Assembly (NCBI RefSeq): GCF_006345805.1
Contig: NC_043006.1
Coordinates: 73,408,001-73,472,000 of the forward strand
From: Octopus sinensis
Taxonomy: Eukaryota
Direction: 5' to 3'
Length of the DNA: 64,000 nucleotides
The position numbers and the translations under genes are program-made. Positions 1 through 11,937 of this stretch are shown in pieces (the stretch's first letter is position 1; each line of letters begins with the position of its first letter). The notes under the pieces were generated by a model, which searched no databases, was not told the DNA's origin, and saw only the letters and a list, made by a program, of their open reading frames with translations.

Positions 1-67
1 ATAGACACTCACTCACACCCCCACATACGCACACACACGCACACACACACACACATATATATGCATA

Positions 68-211
68 TACGTCGGGCTTCTTTCAGTTTCCGTCTACCAA
101 ATCTACTCACAAGGTTTTGGTCAGTCTGAGGCTAGAGTAGAAGTCACTTGCCCATGGTTCCACGAAGTAGAATTGAATCTGGAATCATGTGGTTGGGAAG
201 CAAGCTTCTTA
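68..211 (-). mobile_element. SINE family A fragment (tRNA-headed, CORE-like), 5' half
   Basis: Reverse complement matches the repeat at 8608-9048 (GTGGATTTGGTAGACGGAAACTGAAAGAAGCC block). Confidence 0.75.
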
Positions 212-627
212 GACTTAAATTAGTACTGAGGTTGATTTGTTTAAACCAATAGCCTTCAAAGCGGTGCCCCAGCTTGGCCGTAGTCCTATGACTGCAACAA
301 GTAAAAAATAAAGCATAATTAAAAATCCGCAAGTGGAGTTACATGGTTTTGGGGCAAAAAAGCTTGGGGTGGGGGGACATGTTTCAGCCCAATAAACTTC
401 ATCAGCATAGTATATCGTCTATCCCGGATAGGAGAATTTGGTGGTACATATAGTGGTATATATATACTTAAAGTGTCAGGACAGTCATGTTTGGAATGCA
501 TTTGGTAATAACTCTATTCGAACTGTGTTGACTTGAGACCAAACCACTACCACCGTCACAACAACAATAGAAACCACATCGAACTGCAGCCTAAACTTTT
601 GCTACACGTACTTTACATAAATGTTAT

Positions 628-1252
628 TATCACCATCACCATCACCATCACCACACCCACCACCACCACCGCCACCACAACCACCGCCACCACCACCACC
701 ACCACCACCACCACCACCACCGCCCTCAACACCACCACCGCCGCCGCTCTCAACACCACCACCGCCGCCGCCCTCAACACCACCACTACCACTACCACCG
801 CCTCCGCCGCCTCCGCCGCCTCCGCCGCCTCCGCCGCCTCCGCCGCCTCCGCCGCCTCCGCCGCCTCCGCCGCCTCCGCCACCACCACCACCACAACCAC
901 CACCACCACCGCCGCCGCCGCCGCCGCCACCACCACCACCACCGCCGCTGCAGCTGCTGCTTCTACTACCACCACCACCACCACCACCACCACCACCACC
1001 ACCACCACCGCCGCCGCCCTCAACACCACCACCGCCGCCGCTCTCAACACCACCACCGCCGCCGCCCTCAACACCACCACTACCACTACCACCGCCTCCG
1101 CCGCCTCCGCCGCCTCCGCCGCCTCCGCCACCACCACCACCACAACCACCACCACCGCCGCCGCCGCCGCCGCCACCACCACCACCACCGCCGCTGCAGC
1201 TGCTGCTTCTACTACCACCACCACCACCACCACCACCACCACCACCACCACC

Positions 1253-1299
<47 letters not shown>

Positions 1300-1381
1300 A
1301 AGCACCTCTACCGCAACACCGCATCGCCACCATTATCACTACTTCACTAGTACCACCACTACCACCACCATCACTGCTGCA

Positions 1382-1437
<56 letters not shown>

Positions 1438-1543
1438 AAGCACCACTACCTCAACACCGCCACCACCACCACCACCATTATCACTACATCACTAGTACCG
1501 CCTCCACCACCAGCACCACCACCACCACCAAAAACAGCAGCAG

Positions 1544-1574
<31 letters not shown>

Positions 1575-1580
1575 ACCAAC
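628..1580. repeat. Compound trinucleotide array (ACC/GCC/ACT/AGC) with higher-order duplications
   Basis: Runs of ACC, GCCTCCGCC and ACT; block CCCTCAACACCACCACCGCCGCCGCTCTC recurs at 723 and 1017. Confidence 0.95.
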
Positions 1581-1807
1581 AGCAGCAGCAGCAACAACAA
1601 CAACAGTAGCAGTGTAAGCGTAAGCTTCAGAAAGAAGAACTGTGCATGTAAGATAAGCATTATGGTTGTTTATGATGCTTGTGGTGCTTCTGAGGAAGAC
1701 GACGGATGCCTGTTTGGTGCATCAACATCAGGTGGAGATTCTCAAATTCTCAGCTACTTTTTTTTTCACCGAAAATTCTACCCTACCACTCACCACACAC
1801 CACCTTC

Positions 1808-1893
1808 ATCATCATCATCATCATCATCATCACAATCACCATCATCATGATCATGATCATGATGATGATGATCATCGTCGTCGTCGTCATCAT

Positions 1894-1936
<43 letters not shown>

Positions 1937-2027
1937 GTCATCATCATCGTCATCATCCTCATCATCATCATCATCACCACCACATCATTATCATCATCAT
2001 CATCATCATCGTCATCGTCGTCGTCGA
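1808..2027. repeat. (CAT)n/(CGT)n microsatellite
   Basis: Direct reading. Confidence 0.95.
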
Positions 2028-2301
2028 GTGTGGATCAGTGTTATTGTTTGGTATTATAAACAAGATCACAATTTATTAGCATAGCATGATATAAACGGGA
2101 AGATGATTATGCACGCACGCACGCACGCACGCATGCACGCACGCATGCACGCACGCATGCACGCACGCATGCACGCACGCATGCACGCATGCACGCACGA
2201 ACAAAGACGCACAGAGACACACGCAGACATACGTGCGTACACATTCACATAACTATCCCTTTGTTTTTTGTTTCTTCTCTCTCTCGCTAGACTAAACATA
2301 A

Positions 2302-2362
<61 letters not shown>

Positions 2363-2364
<2 letters not shown>

Positions 2365-2594
2365 ATTTCTTTATTGCCCACAAGGGGCTAAACATAGAGG
2401 GGACAAACAAGGACAGACAAAGGGATTAAGTCGATTACATCGACCCCAGTGCGTAACTGGCACTTAATTTATCGACCCCGAAAGGATGAAAGGCAAAGTC
2501 GACCTCGGCGGAATTTGAACTCAGAACGTAGTGGCAGACGAACCCCCGCTAAGCATTTCACCCGGCGTGCTAACGTTTCTACCAGCTCAACGCC
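2363..2594 (-). mobile_element. SINE family B, full length, inside a (TATC)n array
   Basis: Same sequence as 18453-18683 and 32607-32790; (TATC)n on both sides (2305-2362, 2597-2680). Confidence 0.9.
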
Positions 2595-2600
2595 TTGATA

Positions 2601-2680
<80 letters not shown>

Positions 2681-4054
2681 CTCTCTCCCTCTATCTGTTC
2701 GTCTCTTTCTCCCCCCATCCTTCTCTCTCCCTCCTAAGCCAAATTTAAACCTAGTGTGCACAGAACCAGAAAATTGCGGGGCATTTAATCCGATGCTCCA
2801 ACAAATTTTGCCAACCCACTTCTATAAAATGGTATTTTAATTATTGACTCCGGAAAGATGAAAGAAATTTGATTTCGACTGAATTTGAACTCAAAGTTCA
2901 GGGAGGCCGCACGTATATATCAAGGCATTTCTACCTTAAACTCCAGCGTCTACACCAATTCGCTGCCTAATGTATCCATAGATACACAAATAAAACGAAA
3001 AATACAAGAAAGAAAAAAGTAAAAAACGACCCCCCCCCCCAAAAAAAAACACAAAGGTTGTTTTTTCGTGTGAACCACGCTGTACTCTTTCACCACAACT
3101 TTCTCTCACTCTTTCTACTTCTGCCACAAAGCAGAGGAACCATGGTGTAACCCACTATGGGGTGGTAAAATTTCAGACCCTAGTCTAGATTGCGAATCCT
3201 CTTTACCCCAGGATGGTTCAGCTCTCTACCCGTTAAAAAGCCACCGTTTACAAAATGAGAATAACAACGTAGCTTTCGCGCCCGTCCAACCGCCAGTCTA
3301 TCACGTGTGGTGGGTGGATCTTCAAGTTGCTACGCGCATTCTTGGTAGCTTAGAGTAGGCTCGATTAGGGATTATTCTTTGTGGCCAATGGCGTGAGACC
3401 TGATTGGAAGAAGAAGAAGAAGAAGAAAAAGAAGAGTGAGGAAGAAGAAGACGATAACAACAACCACAACTCAGTTTTTGACTTACCATCTTAACTGCAA
3501 AACCCGTATTTTCTATAATTCCTTTAGCAATAGCATTTTCACGTCTGAAGTTTCTCATTTTATGCCAGCCCTATTTAGATCCATTCCCTTCGCATTCACC
3601 CATCACCTTCATCCTTATATCTTACTAATAAGTTTTATCGATCATTCCTCTTTAGAAGTGTATATTGATCGAATATCTTTCCTTAATCACATTTCGCCCT
3701 AACAGCTAATAAAGTGCAATAATAATTGAAATTGAAAAAATTATTTCCCCCGAAACTCATTCAACCATTCCGAATTTTCATTTTTTAGAAAAGCCGTTGG
3801 TGAAACGATTATTAGGTTGACAACAAATATTTCAGACACACGCCGACTCACACAAACACATTAACATGCACATCTACAAACGTAAACAGACACACGCAAA
3901 AATACGCACTTATACAGAAAAACACGCACATACGCACACACACACATACGCACGCACACACATACACACAGACGCACAGAGACGCGCAGACACACACACA
4001 CACTTACGCATCTAATCTACTCATACATACATACATACATACATACATACACAC

Positions 4055-4123
<69 letters not shown>

Positions 4124-4800
4124 AACATGCACACATATATACATACAAATGCGTATATGGGTACAGGACGTCATTAACAGTAAAAAATATGAAATACAAA
4201 AACAAAAGAATTCAATACATAAGCAAAGAGAGAATCAAATGCAAAACAGGACATTGTAACACAAAGAACGACCCTTCATCAGTTGTCGATTGTTTTGGAT
4301 TTATGGAGGGTCAAAGTCGGAAAGAGAAACAGGATAGTGGAGACATACAAGGAAACCGAACGAAAACAAACATGGAGGGTCGTTATACTAGAACGAGGGT
4401 AAAATAGCGAACGCTGGAGAAATATTTTCTTTGACAAGAGAAAAGCTAGAAAAGAGAGATAGGATACGTCCGGTTCTTAGGGCAGTCTTGAAAGAAAATA
4501 GAGCTGATCACGCGAGGAAAAGAAAGATGGACGATGGTCGTGTATTTATATATATATATATTATATATATATAATATATATATAGTTAATCCAAACAAGA
4601 AAACACAAAAAACACAACAACGCGAGGACGTGGAACAAATATAGTATTATTGGACGCTCAGGAAAGGAGGGAAGAAGGAGGGGTTAACGTTTCGAGCAGA
4701 GCTCTTCCTCGGAAACATAGGAGAAGGAAAGATCCAGAGAAGGGAAGACAGAGAAAAAAATGTGTGTATAATATATATATTATAATATATATATATATAT

Positions 4801-4853
<53 letters not shown>

Positions 4854-4904
4854 TATATATATAATATATATATAATGTATATATATATGTATATATATAT
4901 ATTG

Positions 4905-5096
4905 TTTTTTTGTTTCGAACAAATCGATTCCAGGACTTATTCTCTGTAAGCCTAGTACTCATTCTAACGGTCTCATTTGCCGAACCGCTAATTAACGGGG
5001 ACGTAAACACACCAGGGAGTACAAACACAGGAACACAGACATACACACACTCACACACATAGTTTCTGTCTATCAGATCCCCTCACAAGGCTTTAG

Positions 5097-5098
<2 letters not shown>
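4905..5098 (-). mobile_element. SINE family A fragment
   Basis: Contains GCCGAACCGCTAA..GGGGACGTAAACACACCAG, the reverse complement of the family A body. Confidence 0.75.
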
Positions 5099-5131
<33 letters not shown>

Positions 5132-5138
<7 letters not shown>

Positions 5139-5765
5139 AGCGGGACCAGCCATCTGAATGTGGCTAGGGACAGGGCGGGGTGGTGGGGGTGTTACTGATG
5201 CATTTAGCCCCAGGCGACTATAGACGTCACCAGGAGAGCCGACACCATCACGGTGTCCTTGCTAGCCTGTAAAGGGAGATCAGCCTCCCCGAAGATACGG
5301 ATGCTACACACGGACCGGTTTCGAGGTGGTCGCCTCTCGTCAGCGCATGGCAAGCACCGTTCTTCGTTGAGGGACTTCCTCTACAGGCTAGAATATATAG
5401 ATTTTCACTGTAAACACAGTCACTGGCGTCGAAAATCTGTTCGATAACAATAATAAATCTCTAAGCGAGGTATAAACAGTAACTGCTCTGTAATATAAGC
5501 GGGACCAGCCATCTGAATGTGGCTAGGGACAGGGCGGGGTGTATGTAGCATCCGTATCTTCGGGGAGGCTGATCTCCCTTTACAGGCTAGCAAGGACACC
5601 GTGATGGTGTCGGCTCTCCTGGTGACGTCTATAGTCGCCTGGGGCTAAATGCATCAGTAACACCCCCCACCACCCCGCCCTGTCCTAGCCACATTCAGAT
5701 GGCTGGTCCCGCTTATATTACAGAGCAGTTACTGTTTATACCTCGCTTAGAGATTTTATTTTGTT
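5132..5765. mobile_element. Non-autonomous HHR-bearing element (retrozyme/Penelope pseudo-LTR-like): 359-bp unit + partial tandem + inverted arm
   Basis: TAATATAAGCGGGACCAGCC occurs at 5132 and 5491; 5541-5765 is the reverse complement of unit sequence; (TA)n on both flanks. Confidence 0.85.
5307..5349 (-). ncRNA. Minimal type I hammerhead ribozyme
   Basis: Minus strand reads CAUGCG-CUGACGA-GAGG(CGACCA)CCUC-GAAA-C(CG)GUC-CGUGUG: intact core, 4-bp stem II, palindromic ACCGGU stem III, 6-bp stem I, GUC site. Confidence 0.88.
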
Positions 5766-5997
5766 ATATATATATATTATATCATACTATATATATATAT
5801 ATATATTTGAGTAGTTGAATGAATTATCTTATTAAGGATAATTCGAAAGATAACCGATACCTGGGTAGCAAATTCACATCAGAAAGAAGCTACGTCCCTA
5901 GGGCATAGACTACGTGTCTTCGTGCGGAAATTTGTATGTTTATTTTAAAATTATAAGTATATGAAAGAATGGAGTTGAACGACTAATTAACAAATAT

Positions 5998-6092
5998 CCT
6001 TTATTCTCGACATATGTTTCGAAGGCTGCATATTCCTAATTCCGAAGGAATAAGGAGTACATTATGCAGATTTCTCATCAGGAAAATCAAGG
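5998..6092 (-). ncRNA. Type I hammerhead ribozyme with extended stem II (left arm)
   Basis: Reverse complement of 6836-6930. Confidence 0.85.
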
Positions 6093-6835
6093 AACTTATG
6101 TCGACATCAAAATGCACAAAAAACTTTTAGCTGACCGCTCTCAAGGAGTCCATGGCGATAATGAGTGTCTCTTTATAAGGAGTGACGTCAGAGTGGCTGA
6201 ATGTAGAATAATCTAGAAGGTTCTAAAGGTTCTACAGGTGTTTACACTGGAAAAGACACACCTTTCACTCATATAAATAGTGACTAATATAGACTACCCC
6301 TCGATTTCCCCAAAAAAGTTTTGCTATATTTCACCCCAATAATCAAAAAGATTTTCTTATATTCCCAATTACTACTATCCATTCTTGAGTTGCCTCTCAC
6401 CTCGCCCGATTCTTTCTCCCTTTCGCTATCTACTTGCCTTTCTCTACAGTAAACATAATCGAACACACAGACACAGACCTCTCACCTCACAGCTGTCAGT
6501 TTTCTGACATCTACCCATCCACAAACACAATCACGCATTCAGACGCACACATACACACATTAAGACAGTTATATACAGTCACACACACAGGCACTCATTC
6601 ATAAAAGAAATCATTTAAACCCACCATTCTTTTGACCTGCACTCTCTCACCTTACTATTTTTATGCCTCCCTCCTCCTACTTCGTTTGAACCCTTGAACC
6701 TTTAGAACCTTCTAGATTCTTCTACATTCAGCCACTCTGACGTCACTCCTTATAAAGGGACACTCATTATCGCCATGGGCTCCTTGAGAGCGGTCAGCTA
6801 AAAGTTTTTTGTGCATTTTGATGTCGACATAAGTT

Positions 6836-6930
6836 CCTTGATTTTCCTGATGAGAAATCTGCATAATGTACTCCTTATTCCTTCGGAATTAGGAATATGC
6901 AGCCTTCGAAACATATGTCGAGAATAAAGG
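6836..6930 (+). ncRNA. Type I hammerhead ribozyme with extended stem II (right arm)
   Basis: CUGAUGA 6847-6853, CUGCA/UGCAG stem II with long insert, GAAA 6908-6911, palindromic ACAUAUGU stem III, GUC 6917-6919, stem I CCUUGAUUUUC/GAGAAUAAAGG. Confidence 0.87.
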
Positions 6931-6977
6931 ATATTTGTAAACTAGTCGTTCAACTCCATTCTTTCATATACTTATAA

Positions 6978-7022
<45 letters not shown>

Positions 7023-7027
7023 GATAT

Positions 7028-7302
7028 GAGACCCCCTTCGGTCATGACTGACCATGGGATTGCACCTAGAAAGTTACTCAAGGTTGCTTATGGAAGACCA
7101 GCAGTCGCACATGCATACCGGCCTCCCCTCTCCACGCCACAAGTGTTATCCAAGGCAAAGGCAAAGACCGATACAGCTTGGCATTTGTGACGTCGCAACT
7201 CAGCTGAGTTAACTGGACCAACGTGAAATAAAGTGTCTTGCTCGAGAACACAACACGCAGTCCGGTCCGAGATTCGAATTCACAACCGAATCTCGGACCG
7301 GA

Positions 7303-7304
<2 letters not shown>
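7028..7304 (-). mobile_element. SINE family E (CORE-like TGTGTTCTTGAGCAAGACACTTT domain), 5'-truncated
   Basis: Reverse complement of 45380-45703 and 46196-46506. Confidence 0.85.
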
Positions 7305-7353
<49 letters not shown>

Positions 7354-7385
7354 TATGTAAATACATATAAATACATACATATATA

Positions 7386-7680
7386 TCACCGTGATCACCG
7401 TGACCGACCAGGCTATCAGATGTTGCTACACATCGCTGGTCACAATGCGCTTCGCATTGTTTTAGCCTTCAAATGACGCCACTCCACAGGCTAAGCGAGC
7501 AGGCCAACAGAAAAGTGAGAGAAAGTTGTAGCGAAAGAATACAGCAGGGATCGCCACCACCCCCTGCCGGAGCTTCGTGGAGTTTAGGTGTTTTCGCTCA
7601 ATAAACACGGTCTGGGAATCGAAACCGCGATCCTTTCCACCGCGAGTCCGCTGCCTAACCACTGGGCATTGCGCCTCCAC
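7386..7680 (-). mobile_element. SINE family C variant (tRNA-like head GGCGCAATGCCCAGTGGTTAGG)
   Basis: Head and body match 32101-32452 in reverse; different 3' tail. Confidence 0.8.
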
Positions 7681-7750
<70 letters not shown>

Positions 7751-7825
7751 CGTGTGTGTGTGTGGGTGTGTGGTGTGTGCGTGTGTGTGCGCGTGTGTGT
7801 GCGCGTGTGTGTATATGCTTGTGTG

Positions 7826-8030
7826 TGTTTGTCGCCCCTTCCACAACATCGCTTGACAACCGATGCTGGTGCGTTTACGTCCCCGTAACTTAGCGGTTCG
7901 GCAAAAGAACCTGATACAATAAGTACTAGGCTTACAAAGAATAAGTCCTGGGGTTGGCTTACTCGACTAAAGACAGTGCCTCAGCGTGGCCGCAGTCAAA
8001 TGACTGAAACAATTAAAAGAGTAAAAGAGT
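7826..8030 (+). mobile_element. SINE family A, 3' half
   Basis: GCTTGACAACCGATGCTGGTG..CAGTCAAATGACTGAAAC plus AAAAGAGT tail. Confidence 0.85.
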
Positions 8031-8607
8031 AAACATACATAATTGCAAGCATATACACACACGCATATACGCATGTGTGCGTTAAATTGTATATTCGTGC
8101 ATACATACATTCGTGCGTATATGTCGTCGTGCGCGTGTTATGTATATTGCGTGTGTTTCCTGTTTGAAAGCATTCATCAGATCTCTCCTTTTATCTTTTT
8201 TTCAACTTTACCAGATTAATGTTTTAGAAAAATAGATGATTCTCGCAATCGTTATGGTGTATAAATCTTAGATAGTAAAAATAAATACATAAATAAAAAA
8301 AAGCGATAAATGGAAGAAGAGTAATGAAGTGTGAAAAATAAATACATGAAAATAGAATTAGTTGACTATACATGGCAAATAAAATGGCCTCCGACTATAG
8401 CTTCAAATAATTGATTATTGCCAGTGAAAAGCCGTATTGGAATGGAGATGAAGGATGTAATACTTGTATAGCGAAAAAAATTCACATCCTAAATATCCAA
8501 CGTAACCATGATATCTACTGGGAAACCAGGCCAGAGATTTTCGATAAGTGTAAGCGGTTTGAAAAGTATATAAAAACATATGCATGTACATATAAATACA
8601 TAAATAA

Positions 8608-9048
8608 GGCGCAGGAGTGGCTGTGTGGTAAGTAGCTTGCTAACCAACCACATGGTTCCGGGTTAAGTCCAACTGCGTGGCATCTTGGCATCTTGGGCAA
8701 GTGTCTTCTGCTATAGCCCCGAGCCGACCAATGCCTTGTGAGTGGATTTGGTAGACGGAAACTGAAAGAGGCCTGTCGTATATATGTATATATATATATG
8801 TATATATATATATGTATATGTATGTGTTTGTGTGTCTGTGTTTGTCCCCCCCCCCTAGCATTGCTTGACAACCGATGCTGGTGTGTTTACGTCCCCGTCA
8901 CTTAGCGGTTCGGCAAAAGAGACCGATAGAATAAGTACTGGGCTTACAAAGAATAAGTCCCGGGGTCGATTTGCTCGACTAAAGGCGGTGCTCCAGCATG
9001 GCCGCAGTCAAATGACTGAAACATGTAAAAGAGTGTAAAAGAGTGTAA
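8608..9048 (+). mobile_element. SINE family A, full length
   Basis: A-box/B-box-like head GGCGCAGGAGTGGCTGTGTGG..GGTTCCGGGTT, central microsatellite, (AAAGAGTGT) tail. Confidence 0.9.
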
Positions 9049-9106
9049 ATAAATAAATAAATAAATATATATATATATATATACATACATGTATACATAT
9101 ATATGT

Positions 9107-9140
<34 letters not shown>

Positions 9141-9146
9141 AATAAG

Positions 9147-9216
<70 letters not shown>

Positions 9217-9599
9217 GTATATATATATACACATACATGGTTTTGTGTCCAGTCCCACTGCATGGCACCTTGGGTAAGTGGAACCATGGGGCAAGTGGCA
9301 TGTTGGGCAAATGTCTTCTACTATCATCTCAGGCTGATCGAGTTGATGTGGTAGACGGAAACTGAAACTGTCATATATATATATTTTCATGTTTGTGTGT
9401 CTTTGTGTCTGCATTTGTTCACACCTTCCACCGCTTGACAACCAGTGTTGGTGTGTTTACGTTCCAGTATCTAACGATTCGGCAAAATAAATCGATGAAA
9501 TGAGTATCAAGCTTAAGAAAAGGTACTATCGATTTTTCAAGGTGGTTCAATTAAATGATTGAAGCAAGTAAAAAATAAATTCTTTTATTCTTATATTCT

Positions 9600-9827
9600 T
9601 TTTCTTCTTTCAGTCATTTGACTGCGGCCATGCTAGAGCACCGCTTTAAATGTTTTTTTTAGTCGAAGAAATCGACTTATTCTTTGTAGTCGTAGTACTT
9701 ATTCTATCGCTAAGTTACGGAGATATCAAATAAACATCGGTTGTCAAGCGATGGTGGGAGGATAAATAGACACAAAGACACAGATAAATACACACACACA
9801 CACACACACGCACACACAACGTATAAT

Positions 9828-9863
<36 letters not shown>

Positions 9864-10072
9864 ATGACCCGTCCGTGTTTTTTGTATCGTCTATTTGAAT
9901 GTTTTGCGTTCTTGTCCCATTTTGTATTTTTATATATACATATATATATATACGCGACGTGCCTCCATTTCCGTGTACCAAATCCACTGACAAGACTTTG
10001 GTCATGGCCTGAGGCTATAGTAGAAGACAAGGTACCATGCAGTGGGACTGATCCCGGAACCATGTAGTTGGA
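9600..10072 (-). mobile_element. SINE family A, diverged
   Basis: TCAGTCATTTGACTGCGGCCATGCT and TTTCCGT..ACCAAATCCACT blocks in reverse. Confidence 0.8.
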
Positions 10073-10664
10073 ATATATATTATATATATATGTATATGAT
10101 TGTGTGCGTGTATTGGTAATAGTTCTTATCATTCAAAATATGTTATACCGAAGACACAATAATTTTTATTAAAGATGTTTTTTTTTCATATTTCCTAAGC
10201 TCTTTATGTTTAGTTGAGAATAATAACACAGGCTGAATCCATTCGCAACTCAAAACCTTTTCGGTCCCATAATCAGAATGAAGCGCAAATTGTGGCCTGC
10301 TGTTTTCGCGTATTGTAGAAGGCACCAAGTGATCATAGGAATTACGTAGAAACTGATAAAAACATTCATTGTCAGACTTAAAATTGTTTAACCGATTAGG
10401 TTGTGGTTATTTTCGTAGTATATAACACGCATCTTTTATCCATGTGTTGATTTTTATGTTTGTATTTTAGTTATTAATAACTCTTTCTTAGTTGATTTAG
10501 TTTTTCTTTCGGAATTGAATATAGAGTAACAGTTTTCTCAGGGCACACAAAAACTCACACACAAATTTGTACACATATAATGTACGTATGTGAATATATG
10601 TATATATGGGTGTGCATGTAAGAGAATGCGTGTGTGTGGATACATACATGTGCATATAGATACA

Positions 10665-10968
10665 TGTGGAGGCGCATGGCCTAGTGGTTAGAGCAGTGGA
10701 CTCACGGTCGAGGGATTGCAGGTTCGAATTTCAGACTGGGCGATGTGTGTGTTTATGAGCGAAACACCTAATCTCCACGCGGCTCCGGCAGAAGGTAATG
10801 GCGAACTTCTGCTGACTCTTTCGCCACAACTTTCTCTCACTCTTTCCTCCTGCATCTTGCAGCTCACCTGCGACGGACCGGCGTCCCGTCCAGGTGGGTA
10901 ACCTATACTCCAAGGAAACCGGGAAACCGGCCCTTATGAGCCAGGCGTGGCTCGAGAAGGAAGAAACA
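10665..10968 (+). mobile_element. SINE family C variant
   Basis: tRNA-like head GGCGCATGGCCTAGTGGTTAGAGC..GGTTCGAAT; same element as 40839-41133. Confidence 0.85.
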
Positions 10969-11000
10969 TATAGATACGTATGTACATATATATATATTTG

Positions 11001-11052
<52 letters not shown>

Positions 11053-11091
11053 AAATATAAATAATTTGAACGTCACGCATCCATTTCCAAG

Positions 11092-11127
<36 letters not shown>

Positions 11128-11937
11128 TGTATGTATGTATGTATGTATGTATGTATGTATTTATGTATGTATGTATGTATGCATGTATGCATGTACGTAT
11201 GTATGTATCGGTGGTCTGACCTTGAGCAGGTCTATTTAGTTGAACCTTTATAGTTTCCTTTATCACACAGAATGCGTCCAAATGACTATTCAAACACATA
11301 TGTTAGATTCTGTTTTCTATCCAACATAGCAAGCGTGTTTCTCTGAATGCCTTACTATATCCTGTAATATATGTGTTGTTTGGCTACGTTTAGCAAACCA
11401 AACACTCACTCATACACGGCCAACCAATGTAGCAGACCCTATGCCATTCATTATATATGGTAGAAATAGCAAACAAATTTCACCCCGCCACAACACTTCG
11501 TATTGGAACAGGAAGGGCACATTTAGCGAGTGCAGTTATACTTGTTATGGCCATCGAGATAAGAATGGTGTGTCCTTGATTATGGGTCTGCTCAAATACG
11601 CGTGAAACTGGGAGCAAAACGTAACAACGTGCTCACGCATGTATACATATATAACGTACACGCACACATACTAACGTATACATACAAGCACGCATATCCA
11701 GATGGACACGCATTAATACATGTAATCAGATGTATGTGTACTTGTCCATTTGTGACTTTATATATGAACATATACAAGAATGCAGTTGAAGATAAACTCT
11801 CTGATTAGCAATGGAATAAATCACCAGCTTCGAATGAATGTATGCATGCATGACTTAGTGGATAGGGGTGTTCGACTCATGGATACTTGATCTTGGGTTC
11901 GATTCTAAGACCGGGTGACGAATTATTTCCCTTCAGT

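Larger units (their letters stand above)
5810..6985. mobile_element. Element with ~290-bp inverted arms (5946-6235 / 6690-6985), each carrying an HHR; Penelope-type pseudo-LTR remnant
   Basis: Arms are near-identical reverse complements around a ~450-bp spacer; both outer ends run into (TA)n. Confidence 0.85.

Noticed and set aside
533-2079. Long ORFs (poly-Thr/Ala, poly-Pro, poly-Val, poly-His)
   Set aside because: Stop-free frames are expected from ACC/GCC/CAT repeats; no domain or splice support
8608-8680. tRNA-like sequences at SINE heads (also 10665, 32101, 45380)
   Set aside because: They have A/B-box-like motifs but continue into SINE bodies and lack a complete cloverleaf acceptor stem
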